Part shown: in pieces, positions 51,596 to 62,497 of the stretch
Layout: each line of letters opens with the position of its first letter
Numbering within the stretch: position 1 is the stretch's first letter
Origin: Candidatus Latescibacterota bacterium
GTDB lineage: Bacteria > Latescibacterota > UBA2968 > UBA8231
Assembly (NCBI GenBank): GCA_965248355.1
Contig: OZ252098.1
Span: forward strand, 4,832,001 to 4,896,000
Direction: 5' to 3'
DNA: 64,000 nucleotides
Program-made: the position numbers and the translations under genes
The notes under the pieces: generated by a model
Databases searched by the model: none
Seen by the model: only the letters and a program-made list of their open reading frames with translations
Told to the model about the DNA's origin: nothing

Positions 51596-54319
51596 TCAAA
51601 ACCCGTACTTCCGCCGCCGCCTCTCGAACGCCTCGCGGCCGCCTTCCAGAATCTCTTCAACGAGTTTGCGCACCGAAGGGGAATCGATCGAGCCGGTGTG
51701 CTCGGGCACGACACGCGCCTGCCCGCGGTCCGCCTCCCCGGCGGCTGATAGTCCGACGATCAGCTCGGCGTCACCGAGCACGGGAATGTTCGCGTTGTGG
51801 GTCGAGAAGATGAACTGCCTGCGCTGCTTCTCCTCGCGCATGCGCGGCACGATGCCTTCGGTGATGAAGCGGTTGTCGAGGTCGTCCTCGGGCTGGTCCA
51901 CGATCAGTGGGGCGCCTGATTCGAGGAGCAGAAGCAGGAGTACCGCAGTCGCCTTCTGTCCCGTTGAGAGCTCTTCCAGAAGTTGCCACGCCGGAGGCTC
52001 CCCCGCTGATACGGTGTTGAGGCGGATCGCCGTCGTGGGGGCGAGCTCCAGCTCTTCGATCCGCATGAGCACCTCGGCCTCGCCGCCCGCGAGCCGTTCC
52101 GCCTGACCCGGGGTGATTCCGTACGTCCGGCGGAGCGCGTCGGCGCCCGAGCGGCACGTTTCGACGAATTGCGTCAGGGACAGTTCGGAGGCGTTTCGCA
52201 GACTTTCGATGCACTCCGACATGCGCCCGCCGATCTCGTCCCGCAGCAGCTTGAAGAGCGGCTCACGGTCTCCGGCGCCCGTCACCTCCACCTGTACGCG
52301 GCCGCGAAGCTCCTGGCTCACCTTCCTTGCCGCTTCATCCAGGTTGCGGAACTCGGCGGCCTTGACGTCCTCCCATTCGGCCAGCAGCGTACGGCGCCGA
52401 CCGGCGTGCTCGTTCTCCAGCCGGCGCACGAGCACAAGGCGCTCTTGAAGTGGGCGCAGTTCCTCGATCTGGCGGCGAAGGCGGATGAACTCCTCCCCGT
52501 CCACGCCTGACTTTTGCAGTTCTCGCAAAATCCTCTCGTACTCTGCCTGAACCTGTTGCCGTCGTACGTCCCAGTTGGTCCGCAACCGTTCGACGTCGTG
52601 GTCTGCGCGCGTTAACGCTTGGTCCAGACTCTCCGCACTGCCCCGGATGGCCCCCTCCAATTCAGAGAGCGTTCCAGTCGCTTGGGAGAGGATGTCGCGG
52701 CCAGGCAGGCCCTCGAGGGCCCGTTTCGACAGGAAGGCAAGGTCGATCGGCAGCTCTCTTCGCAGCATCTCCAGCGCCTCGTGAAACGGCGCCAGCCGCT
52801 CGGGAACCGAATCGAGCACCCGTTCCTCGCGCACGAGCAGGCTCTGCTCGCGCAGGCGTTCCTCGAGGCCCACTTCCTGGAATCGCTCGAGCGTTTGCTC
52901 CAATCCGGGAAGGGCGGCGAGACGCTCTTCAACCGACGCGATCTCAGCGCGCGCGTCGCACAAGGCACTGCGGTTCCGGGCAAGGTCCCGGCTCAACGAC
53001 GCCTTGCGGCGAGATAGGGACTCATCGGGCGCGACGAAGCGGTCGAGCAACCGGGTGAGTTTGTCGGGGCTTCTCGCAAGCTCCGAGATCTCGTGTTGGC
53101 CGTAGGCTTCGATTCTCGGGAGAATGTCCGTTGGCGCGAGATGCAGTACCGTGCCGTTCTCCCCGCGGACCAGCGGCGGATTGGGAATGGTCCGCTCGAT
53201 GCGATACTCGTGAAGCCCAGGGCGGCGCACGCGGACGAGCAGGGAGATTTTGGTTCCGTTGCGCAGCACGTGGCCCACGATCCCATCATGCGCCTTGCGC
53301 GCCTCGTCGCCGATCGGTTCAAGTCCGAGCGCACTGCGGATGCTCTCGACAACGGTCGACTTCCCGGCGCCGCGGCCCCCGACGAGAACGTTCAGATTGG
53401 GATTGAGGCGCACGGTCACGCCGTCGAGGAAACCGCCTTCCCACCCGACCGTGACGATCTCCATGTGCTCGTCGGGCGCAAACGCGCCTTCCTTGGTATT
53501 CAGGCGAATGCGCGAGCCCGGGTCCAGGAAGGCTTGGCGCAGCCCGTCTATGGAAACCTCCTGCATCTTGATCCAGCAGGTCGCCGAGGGCGCCTCAAGG
53601 TCGCCGGGCTCCACGATGTCCTTTGCGTTGACGACAGCGACTGCAACGCCGTCTTCGGGTGTGTGACCACGGCGGTAGTCGGGGTTCCGGTTCTCGAGGA
53701 TCTCGCGAATGTTCGGCTGCAGATCATCGGTGACGCCGGGGATCTGGACGGCGAGGAGGTTCTCATCCCGCCATGCGCGGATCCTCGGCTGACCCGACAG
53801 GACCTTGAAGAGGCCACCATCGTTGGTGACATGCGCCGCAATGGCAACTCCGCCCTGGCTGTCAACGGCCGCCAGGATCTCCGCAAATGCCTTGGCGGCG
53901 GGCTCACTGGACGGGGTCGTTTCGCGGACGCCGAATTCTCCAAGGTACCGGCCGAGTTGGTCGTCGCCTGTATCCGGCGGGTACAGGCACAACAGATGCA
54001 CGCCCTCGGAAGAGGACAACTCGAACCCGGGGAACATGCGAATCGGACGGTTGCGCGACGCGGCTTGAAACGCCGCAACGCCCTCTACGTTGTTGTGATC
54101 CGTGATGGCCAGCACCTCGATGCCCGCTTGCACGGCCTTGTCAACGATCTTCCGGGCATGGCAGAGCGCGTCTCCTTGGGCAGCCTGCCCCCGATAGGTC
54201 CGGGCATAGTGGTGCGGATTCACCTGCAGTGCGCACCGATAGAAACGCGCGCCACCGGGGGGCTGAGCCGTCATGCCAGCGGCGTCCTCGCCCAACCGCA
54301 AGGGGACAGTCCTTGTCAT
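51596..54319 (-). CDS. PHP-domain + ABC/SMC-like ATPase fusion (Ppl/TrlF-type putative anti-phage protein); start may be 54274
   Basis: AITDHN, GFE...GVHLL, AAHV; Walker A GGRGAGKS; long coiled coil; LSTGQ, DQPEDDLD, STHNAN. Confidence 0.88.
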   Translation of the reverse strand: MTRTVPLRLGEDAAGMTAQPPGGARFYRCALQVNPHHYARTYRGQAAQGDALCHARKIVDKAVQAGIEVLAITDHNNVEGVAAFQAASRNRPIRMFPGFELSSSEGVHLLCLYPPDTGDDQLGRYLGEFGVRETTPSSEPAAKAFAEILAAVDSQGGVAIAAHVTNDGGLFKVLSGQPRIRAWRDENLLAVQIPGVTDDLQPNIREILENRNPDYRRGHTPEDGVAVAVVNAKDIVEPGDLEAPSATCWIKMQEVSIDGLRQAFLDPGSRIRLNTKEGAFAPDEHMEIVTVGWEGGFLDGVTVRLNPNLNVLVGGRGAGKSTVVESIRSALGLEPIGDEARKAHDGIVGHVLRNGTKISLLVRVRRPGLHEYRIERTIPNPPLVRGENGTVLHLAPTDILPRIEAYGQHEISELARSPDKLTRLLDRFVAPDESLSRRKASLSRDLARNRSALCDARAEIASVEERLAALPGLEQTLERFQEVGLEERLREQSLLVREERVLDSVPERLAPFHEALEMLRRELPIDLAFLSKRALEGLPGRDILSQATGTLSELEGAIRGSAESLDQALTRADHDVERLRTNWDVRRQQVQAEYERILRELQKSGVDGEEFIRLRRQIEELRPLQERLVLVRRLENEHAGRRRTLLAEWEDVKAAEFRNLDEAARKVSQELRGRVQVEVTGAGDREPLFKLLRDEIGGRMSECIESLRNASELSLTQFVETCRSGADALRRTYGITPGQAERLAGGEAEVLMRIEELELAPTTAIRLNTVSAGEPPAWQLLEELSTGQKATAVLLLLLLESGAPLIVDQPEDDLDNRFITEGIVPRMREEKQRRQFIFSTHNANIPVLGDAELIVGLSAAGEADRGQARVVPEHTGSIDSPSVRKLVEEILEGGREAFERRRRKYGF

Positions 54320-54642
54320 GCTTCCTCCGGTTCTGTCGGCTTCGCGTCAGGGCGCCCACGCTGCTCGAACCGCAGGGTCACGCCGCAGGCCGCGGCGATC
54401 TTGGTCACGGTTCCCAATCGGGGGTCCCGGTTTCCCGACAAGCCGCGGGAGAGAGCCACGCGGTCGACGTCGGCTTTCCGCGCGATGGCTGAAACACCTC
54501 CCTGGGCCGCCGCGACGTTCCGAAACGCCTTCATCAAGAGGCGCGGGTCGCCATCCGATTCCTCGATCGCGGCGTTGAGGTACGCTGCGACATCCTCCGG
54601 TGTCCGGAGGTGCTCACTGGCTTCACGGGCTCTGACGGGCAT
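54316..54642 (-). CDS. Addiction-module antidote (HI1420-like HTH antitoxin), orphan
   Basis: EHLRTPEDVAAYLNAAIEE...LLMKAFRNVA.AQGG...IA.KA...R.AL.R.LSG..DPRL.T; GGAGG RBS. Confidence 0.88.
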   Translation of the reverse strand: MPVRAREASEHLRTPEDVAAYLNAAIEESDGDPRLLMKAFRNVAAAQGGVSAIARKADVDRVALSRGLSGNRDPRLGTVTKIAAACGVTLRFEQRGRPDAKPTEPEEA

Positions 54643-54698
54643 GCCGGTTCTCCTCCAACCGCGACACTACGACATAGTGGACGATCCTGACCGCATCC

Positions 54699-54727
54699 TT
54701 TGTAGCCGTTTGGCTACACTGTGTCAA
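54699..54727 (-). promoter_or_regulatory. Sigma70-type promoter with overlapping palindromic operator
   Basis: TTGACA (54722-54727), 17-nt spacer, TACAAA (54699-54704); inverted repeat TGTAGCC-N4-GGCTACA at 54701-54718. Confidence 0.75.
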
Positions 54728-54796
54728 GTGGCAGGGGCGTGTCGAGAGCGGCGCTTCTCGGCTCGAATTGTTCATTGGTGATATGTATGCTGAGCC

Positions 54797-54887
54797 TTGC
54801 TCCTCGCCAGCGGCGACCAAGACGTTGCAGGCGACGGACATCCGCCGGGCTCAAGACTACTGGCGAGACTATCCGGAGAGGGCGTGA
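54797..54887 (+). pseudogene. 3' remnant of a RelE/ParE-type (addiction-module killer) toxin
   Basis: LLLASG/TKTLQATDIRRAQDYWRDYPERA* ends immediately before the antitoxin ATG at 54889. Confidence 0.65.
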
Positions 54888-54888
54888 C

Positions 54889-55251
54889 ATGGCACGACGC
54901 AGTCGAGACTGGAACGAAGGACTGGCGCAGGACCTGCGCGACCCGGACTTCGCACGCGAATTCCTTCTCGCCGCCATGGACGAGGGACTGCCAGTCCAGA
55001 CCGCCCTTGGAAAGGTGATTCGGGCCATGGGCGTCAAGGAGTTCGGCGAGCGGGCGGGGATGGCGGGTCCGAACGTCCTGCGTGCGATTCACCCGCGGCA
55101 CAACCCGACGCAGGCCACGTTGAACCGGTTGCTCAAGCCGTTCCAACTACGGCTGAGTCTGGCTCGGCTCGAAGGTCCCGAAGGGCCCCACTCCGGGATG
55201 CCTTCATCAACAGCCGAGGGTCGCCAGCCGCTTCCTCGATCACGGCGTTGA
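54889..55251 (+). CDS. HTH antitoxin/DNA-binding protein, orphan
   Basis: MARRSRDWNEGLAQDLRDPDFAREFL...GVKEF.ERAGM..PNVLRAI....NPTQATLNRLLKPF; the C-terminus reads into a decayed repeat. Confidence 0.8.
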   Translation: MARRSRDWNEGLAQDLRDPDFAREFLLAAMDEGLPVQTALGKVIRAMGVKEFGERAGMAGPNVLRAIHPRHNPTQATLNRLLKPFQLRLSLARLEGPEGPHSGMPSSTAEGRQPLPRSRR

Positions 55252-55310
55252 GGTACGCCGCGACTGTCCTCCGGTGGCCGGAGGTACTCGCTGGGCAGGT
55301 GCGTGTCGAC
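55187..55310 (-). repeat. Degenerate copy of the 5' half of the 54316-54642 antitoxin
   Basis: SEYLRPPED/VAAYLNAVIEEAAGDPRLLMKASR (one frameshift) versus SEHLRTPEDVAAYLNAAIEESDGDPRLLMKAFR. Confidence 0.82.
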
Positions 55311-55339
55311 CCTGCGATCGCCGCCCTGCCCGGCTCCCG

Positions 55340-55432
55340 AGCGGCGCGGTGAGGAGCTGTCTCCCCGGTGCTTGCCCCGCTCCCGTCGCATTCCCCGAGG
55401 TGGAGCCCGTTCCGCTGGCCTGGGGGTCATGC
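55340..55432 (-). repeat. Second, more decayed copy of the hsdR 5' end
   Basis: GCATGACCCCCAGGCCAGCGGAACGGGCTCCACCTCGGGGA versus hsdR GCATGACCCCCAAGACCACCGGCTGGAACGAGCTCCACCTCGCGGA; a weaker second block (ACGGGAGCG...TCCTCACC) follows. Confidence 0.7.
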
Positions 55433-55440
55433 CGACGATC

Positions 55441-56427
55441 TCACTGCGTGATGTAGAAACTCCGTTGGAAACTCTCCCTGCTCTCGACCGCTATGCCGTA
55501 CTCCAGGGCCTTCTTTACCTTGCCGGTCGGCTTGGCGTCGGCGTCTGCGACGAGCAGTGTCGTGACCTTCTTGGAGATCCCGCTGGCAACCGTTCCCCCG
55601 GCGTTCGTAATCCTCGCCGCCAGCACTTCGTCCCGGAACCCGGTGAAGACGAACACCTGACCGCTGAGGTCTGCGTCATGCGCGACTTCTGCAGGCGCCG
55701 GGGCCTCGTCTGTCGGCTCCAATGGCGCGAGACTGATGCTGCCGCCGAGGAGCCCGCGAACCGCCCGATACACCCCCAGCGTCGCGTGGCAGTCCTCGAG
55801 CGCGCGGTGGCTGCCCTGGACAGGGACATCGAGCTCTTCGGCTACGGCCGCCAGCCCGTACGGCCCGCCTAGCGGCACTCGTCGCGCCATGCGCATGGTG
55901 CACACCCATTCGTTCTCGGCGAAGGTCATCCCCATGAGCCGGGCATTGTGCTCCAGAAACCTGCGGTCGAAGTGGGCATTGTGCGCGACGATCGGGGCAT
56001 CGTCGACGAAAGCGGCGACTCGCGGCAGCACTTCGTCTATGGTGTCCGCCTCCGCCACCATTTCGTTGGTGATGCCGGTCAGCTCACGAATCTGCTTGGG
56101 GATGTTTCCCGAGGGACGTACGGACTCGTTCAGCACCCGTTCGCGCGTAGATCCATTTTGGGTCTCGCTGCGGATGACCGCGATTTCGATGATCGCGTCA
56201 CGCTCCGGGTTCAGTCCGGTCGTCTCGATGTCAAGGACACAGAACGGAGACCCATCGTCGTCGGGCTCGTCCGGCTCGACGGGGCGCTCGACCATAGGGC
56301 GCCGCCGGCCGCGGGCGGTGAAGTCGGTTGAGTCATCGGTTCCGACATCCTGTATGCCGATGGTTCCGATGCCGGCCACAAAGCCAACCGCGAGCACCTG
56401 TCGCGCCTTGTCGGTGAGCGTCATCAT
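55441..56427 (-). CDS. DEDDh (DnaQ-like) 3'-5' exonuclease with C-terminal BRCT domain and hydrophobic N-terminus
   Basis: VLDIETTGL, AHNAHFD, HRALEDC; BRCT LSGQVFVFTG...GG.V.SGISKKVT.L...K.KKA.EYGI. Confidence 0.88.
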   Translation of the reverse strand: MMTLTDKARQVLAVGFVAGIGTIGIQDVGTDDSTDFTARGRRRPMVERPVEPDEPDDDGSPFCVLDIETTGLNPERDAIIEIAVIRSETQNGSTRERVLNESVRPSGNIPKQIRELTGITNEMVAEADTIDEVLPRVAAFVDDAPIVAHNAHFDRRFLEHNARLMGMTFAENEWVCTMRMARRVPLGGPYGLAAVAEELDVPVQGSHRALEDCHATLGVYRAVRGLLGGSISLAPLEPTDEAPAPAEVAHDADLSGQVFVFTGFRDEVLAARITNAGGTVASGISKKVTTLLVADADAKPTGKVKKALEYGIAVESRESFQRSFYITQ

Positions 56428-56511
56428 CGGTCCTGCACATGCAGCCTATGGCGCTGGGCGGGAAGTGTCGCCGCTGATTGGGTCAGCAGAACTCCCGGCG
56501 TAGGAGGCGAA

Positions 56512-56577
56512 CTCGACGGCGGAGTTCTCTGCGTGGTGGAACTCGTCCCAGCCGGTTGCCTTTGGGGTCATGCGGGT
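56512..56577 (-). repeat. Degenerate copy of the hsdR 5' end, ATGA-coupled to the hsdS stop
   Basis: MTPKATGWDEFHHAENSAVE versus MTPKTTGWNELHLAENPAVE; 50/60 nt identical by hand count, plus a shared ACCCGC before the ATG. Confidence 0.9.
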
Positions 56578-57825
56578 TCGGGATCCGGGGTGACGCGAAG
56601 CTCGCCGGTGAGGAGGACGGACATGAGGGCGGACTTGATGATCGTGAGCTGGTCGACTCGGTTCTGTTCGGCTCCTACTCTGCGTTGTATCGAGTCCAAC
56701 ATCGATACTATTGTCGCCTGTTCCTCCACCGACGGCACGGGAATAACTGTCGCCAGCAGACTCCCCCGGCTGATGTTGACTTGGCTCACCCCAGGTGTTG
56801 CGGTGGAACGAAGCCTCTTCTGCATCGCCGGAGTATTGAGCAGGTAGGAAAGCCAATAGCCAGTTCCCAGTCTGGGTTTTACCCGAAGGCGCAGCAGATA
56901 CGACGCGAACGATACTCTCTCCTGGTGATCGAAAACCCCAACCTTTCCGACTAGTTCGGCACTGTTGGTTCGATTGAAGAGTACCTCACCGCTGGATAGT
57001 AGGAGTTCTTTGGGGATTCTTTCCACTGCTAGGTACTTCACATCATCCAAGCTTACCCTACCTTCCCGGAGATTGCCCATTCGCAATATGGGTATCCCGC
57101 TGTCGTTGCCTTGCAAGCTGTCCGACGTTCCGTAATCGCAACTGGCAATTTCGCCGATACTGCTGGTTCGCCATTCCTCCGGTATCTCTCCAATCTCCGT
57201 TTGCTTGAACCGCGTGTGCCGGTCCGGCAGGCCCCGCGTGAGCAGCTCTTCCATCAGGCCGCGCTTGACGACCTGCACTTGGTCGATGACCGCCTGGGTC
57301 TTCTCGATGGCGTCGTCCACCGAGGAGAGGATGGCGGCAATCTTGTGCTGCTCGGGAAGAGGCGGAAGCGGTATTCCGACGCGCGCGATGTCACCCACGC
57401 GTAAACCGAATCTTGTAATGCCATTCGCATACCTATGAAACTGCCGCTTGGCATTACTCGTGCGGAGAGCATAGCGCAGATATTCGCCGTCTAGTGCCGA
57501 TTTCAGGGGGCGCAGGATTGCGAGATGGTAGCCACAAATCACATCAGCTACTTGCTCGCGAACCACCGCAGGGACGCCGATATCATCAGGCGTCTCCGAA
57601 TCTTTGGTAATGATCACATCGCCCACCTGCAATCTGCAATTCCGTATTTCGCGTTCCGTGGCTGTCGCCTCCATGTATACCAAACCAGAGTGGAGGACGC
57701 TGTTGTTGTATACGTCAGAGTAGTTGCAAAGCCTGACTTTCTTTTCTCCGGGTGCAATCTTCTTGTCGACGCTGCTAAGGCGCAGGTCGACAATATCAGC
57801 CAAGGTAGCCGTAGGCCAACCTTCG

Positions 57826-57839
<14 letters not shown>
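56568..57839 (-). CDS. hsdS: Type I restriction enzyme specificity subunit
   Basis: Two TRDs separated by PLPPLPEQHKIAAILSSVD...EIGEIPEEW; C-terminal PSVEEQ...KSALMSVLLTGELRV. Confidence 0.95.
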
Positions 57840-59670
<1,831 letters not shown>

Positions 59671-59725
59671 TGGATGGTATCCTGCGCCGTCCCCGGACCG
59701 AACCGCGGCCTGAGTTCAAGTCGCC

Positions 59726-61570
59726 TCAGAGGTCTGTCTCGGCCTCGGCTTCAGGCGGGGAGATGAACAGTGGAACCCGTGACTTGTCGCCATTGATCAA
59801 GGCGTCGATCTCCTCCAGATCGGCAAGGAACTGGTCGGCATGCACTCGGCAATAGCGCCAGCAGCTGAACTCGGGCGCCTTGCCGATGGCCGCAATGGCT
59901 CGCTGTGCCTCATGCGAAGCGCGACCAGCTGCCATTGCGTCCCCGATGGCCCAAGAGGCAACTGCCATGCACTGGTAGTAGCTTGGTCCTCTGTCTCTCT
60001 CGATGCCCATCTGATCGAGGTGCGCAACTCGAGAGAATGGTCCAGGCTCGACTGTGCCGGACTCGCCCCAGATGGCCATTCCATAGTTGAAGGCATCCTG
60101 CACATCCATCTCATCGATGCACTCGTCGGGAGCCCGGAACAGTCCTGCGGCTTCCGAGCATCTTCCAAGGGCCATGTATGCCAGCCCCAGTTCGTTCCTT
60201 GCGGCCTTGAGCTTTGTCTCAGGCATGTCGCCCTGATGAATAATCCGCAACCAAATGGGCACGGCGATTCTCATCTGGGACGAAGATCGATCCAGCGTCC
60301 TTGCGAGCCACATCTGCTCATCGAAATCCAGGGCTTTGACGGCTGCCGAGTCAGCAATGTCGTCCGGCCCGCACGAGCGTACCCGAGAGATTGCCTCCCT
60401 CACCATCGGTGGACGCACGGCCTCTTGGGACTCCAGAACCCGGAGGGCGTCTTCCTCTGCACCCTCGGGATCATCGCTGCGTGCCCGAATGCGAGCCCTC
60501 GCCAAGTAGGCATCCGGTTGGTCATAGCCGGCATCCATTGCGCGCGACACCAGGGAAGCCGCCAGATCAGGCTGGCCGTCCCTTTCCCGGAGCTCCGAGA
60601 GACGGAACAGGATCTCCCCGTCCTCCGGGTGGGAAGTCTCAATCCTGCGAAGCATGTCCTCTCTAGTCTCCATCGACTCATGCCGCCCCTGGCGCGCGGG
60701 ATTGCCCACCCGGAGGATATAGTCGAGGGCGCCATCGCGGTCGTCCCAGTTGCGTCCGGCGATCTCCCGGACGAGGGCCCGGTACTCCCGCGCCAATCGA
60801 CTTCTCGGACGATCCTTGGTAAACACGACCTGGTTCAGGAGGGATAGGCTGTCATAGCGATGGACGATCATCGGGGCGCGCCGGAAGAGGAGCTGTTCCT
60901 GAAACGCCTTGATCTTGTCGTCCAGGATCTTGTCTTCGTCGTCCAGGTCTGGAACGTTGGACATGACGAAGTGGAGCTCGATGGGCTTGTTGCGCGGTTC
61001 CCCCGATTCGGCGCGAATGTCCGCGACGACGCGTCTCAACCCGCGCAGGTTCTGTTCGTTCGGGAAGAAAAGGATCACCACGGCGTCGGGAAGCTGCCGG
61101 GTACAGATGCCACCCGTGTCGGTATGCCCTGTCCGTGAGTCAACCAGGACATAGTCAGGCCTGAGGACACGGTTCCATTGCTCCTTGAGATCCTCGAACA
61201 AAAGGTAACCGTCCCGCTCCTCGTATAGCAGGGCCCAGTCGATCTGCTGGAAGTTCGCAGCGTATGTCTCGGGACGCCCTGACGGCATTATCCACAGCCC
61301 GCCGGCCAGTTGGCCGACTGAGGCTTCGCTGATGAACCGGCCGGCTTCGGGGGCCTGCCCCGAATCGAGATACTCGCTGACGAAGTCGATGATCCCGGGG
61401 ACCGGTTCCCGGGGCTGCATGGCCTCGAAGGTATCGAGTCCGGGCGCCTCCAGGTCGAAGTCCACCGCCAGTACCCGACGACCCTTGTTGGCGAGCTCAA
61501 GGGCTGTGTTTACCAAGGCCATCGTGCGGCCCACGCCTCCCTTGAAGGAGTAGAAGGTCGCTATGTACAT
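59726..61570 (-). CDS. ParA/MinD-like ATPase (KGGVGR deviant Walker A) with C-terminal TPR-like helical repeats
   Basis: TFYSFKGGVGRTMAL.N, VDFDLEAPGL, DYVLVDSRTG, PNEQNL.G; helical C-terminus (DAYLARARIR, ELGLAYMALGRCSEAAGLF, DAFNYGMA). Confidence 0.85.
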   Translation of the reverse strand: MYIATFYSFKGGVGRTMALVNTALELANKGRRVLAVDFDLEAPGLDTFEAMQPREPVPGIIDFVSEYLDSGQAPEAGRFISEASVGQLAGGLWIMPSGRPETYAANFQQIDWALLYEERDGYLLFEDLKEQWNRVLRPDYVLVDSRTGHTDTGGICTRQLPDAVVILFFPNEQNLRGLRRVVADIRAESGEPRNKPIELHFVMSNVPDLDDEDKILDDKIKAFQEQLLFRRAPMIVHRYDSLSLLNQVVFTKDRPRSRLAREYRALVREIAGRNWDDRDGALDYILRVGNPARQGRHESMETREDMLRRIETSHPEDGEILFRLSELRERDGQPDLAASLVSRAMDAGYDQPDAYLARARIRARSDDPEGAEEDALRVLESQEAVRPPMVREAISRVRSCGPDDIADSAAVKALDFDEQMWLARTLDRSSSQMRIAVPIWLRIIHQGDMPETKLKAARNELGLAYMALGRCSEAAGLFRAPDECIDEMDVQDAFNYGMAIWGESGTVEPGPFSRVAHLDQMGIERDRGPSYYQCMAVASWAIGDAMAAGRASHEAQRAIAAIGKAPEFSCWRYCRVHADQFLADLEEIDALINGDKSRVPLFISPPEAEAETDL

Positions 61571-61574
61571 GGCA

Positions 61575-62135
61575 TCACGCCGCGGGCCTCAAACGGAAGT
61601 GGGCCTGGTCTCTGCGCATGGCCTCGGTGACTTCCAGCGTCCGGAATGGGCTGGGTACAGCCGTTGACACCGGTCGGGAGAGTGATCCTCCATCCGCCAG
61701 GTCCTCGAGATGCTTCATGATCCCGGGCAGTGCCACAAGCCGGATGTACCGGTCGTTTCCCTGGGTCTGGATCGTGAGTCCATTCTCCCAGCGATTGAGG
61801 GACGCTTCCCCGAGCCCGGTCACTTCGGCGAATTTCGCGCGCGTCATCCCGTAGCTCTCTCTGATGCGTCGAATCTCGCCGGGTGAGAGCACACCGAAGT
61901 GCTGGCAGACCGCCTCGTGCTTGAGTCGCTCCGCTTCTTGGTCAAGATACTGGAAGTCGCAGGAGGTGCAGCGACGCAACGGCACATCGACCGTCAACTC
62001 GACACCGGACTTATCGGAGCCGTAGGTGAATGTGTGGCGATGCGCCAGAGTCCTGACCGCGGCGGTTCCGCATTGGGGGCACTCAGGATCCCCGTGGCCA
62101 AGGCTTGGGCTCGGTGTTGCTTGATGCGATTCCAT
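61575..62135 (-). CDS. MqsA-like antitoxin (CxxC...CxxC zinc finger + XRE HTH) with ~40 aa C-terminal tail
   Basis: CPQCG...CTSCD; LSPGEIRRIRESYGMTRAKFAEVTGLGEASLNRWENG..Q...D..IRL; the tail ends FRLRPAA. Confidence 0.85.
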   Translation of the reverse strand: MESHQATPSPSLGHGDPECPQCGTAAVRTLAHRHTFTYGSDKSGVELTVDVPLRRCTSCDFQYLDQEAERLKHEAVCQHFGVLSPGEIRRIRESYGMTRAKFAEVTGLGEASLNRWENGLTIQTQGNDRYIRLVALPGIMKHLEDLADGGSLSRPVSTAVPSPFRTLEVTEAMRRDQAHFRLRPAA

Positions 62136-62143
62136 GGTAGCGC

Positions 62144-62497
62144 TCAGGTGTCCCGTTCCGAGTAGTGAAAGCTCCTTCCGATGATCTTGCCGGATCCCAG
62201 TTGGAGCTTGACGTAGAGTTGGGGCTGTGCGGGTTCGAGGTCAATCTTCATCACGTAGCCTCTGGCTCCGGGTGGTTTCTCCAACTCGATTGCCTCCAAA
62301 GGGTGCCCGCTCTCGATCTTGGATGCGATCAGTTCCCAGGCGCTCGTATCCGTGAAGTGACTATCGAGTAGTCCATCCGGGTTCCGGACCTGTCCCGGAC
62401 GCCAGTCAGTCGGCTGGGCATAACTGAACGCAGTCACACGGGCCCTCTTCCTCCTTGCGAGCGTCACCAACTGGCGTCTCGTTGCATCGTCAATCAT
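62144..62497 (-). CDS. Putative MqsR/RelE-superfamily toxin
   Basis: C-terminal LYVKLQL....IIGRSFHYSE resembles the MqsR-like YxK...SFH signature; lies 8 bp upstream of the zinc-finger/HTH gene. Confidence 0.65.
   Translation of the reverse strand: MIDDATRRQLVTLARRKRARVTAFSYAQPTDWRPGQVRNPDGLLDSHFTDTSAWELIASKIESGHPLEAIELEKPPGARGYVMKIDLEPAQPQLYVKLQLGSGKIIGRSFHYSERDT

Noticed and set aside
54274..54340. A further hsdS/hsdR junction copy at the antitoxin/PHP-ATPase boundary (…PTEPEEA*, GCATGAC)
   Set aside because: The match is limited to a few bases around an ATGA overlap and could be chance.
59726..61570. Plasmid or chromosome partition ParA
   Set aside because: No parB/parS nearby; the KGGVGR variant with a long TPR tail in a defence context does not fit partitioning.
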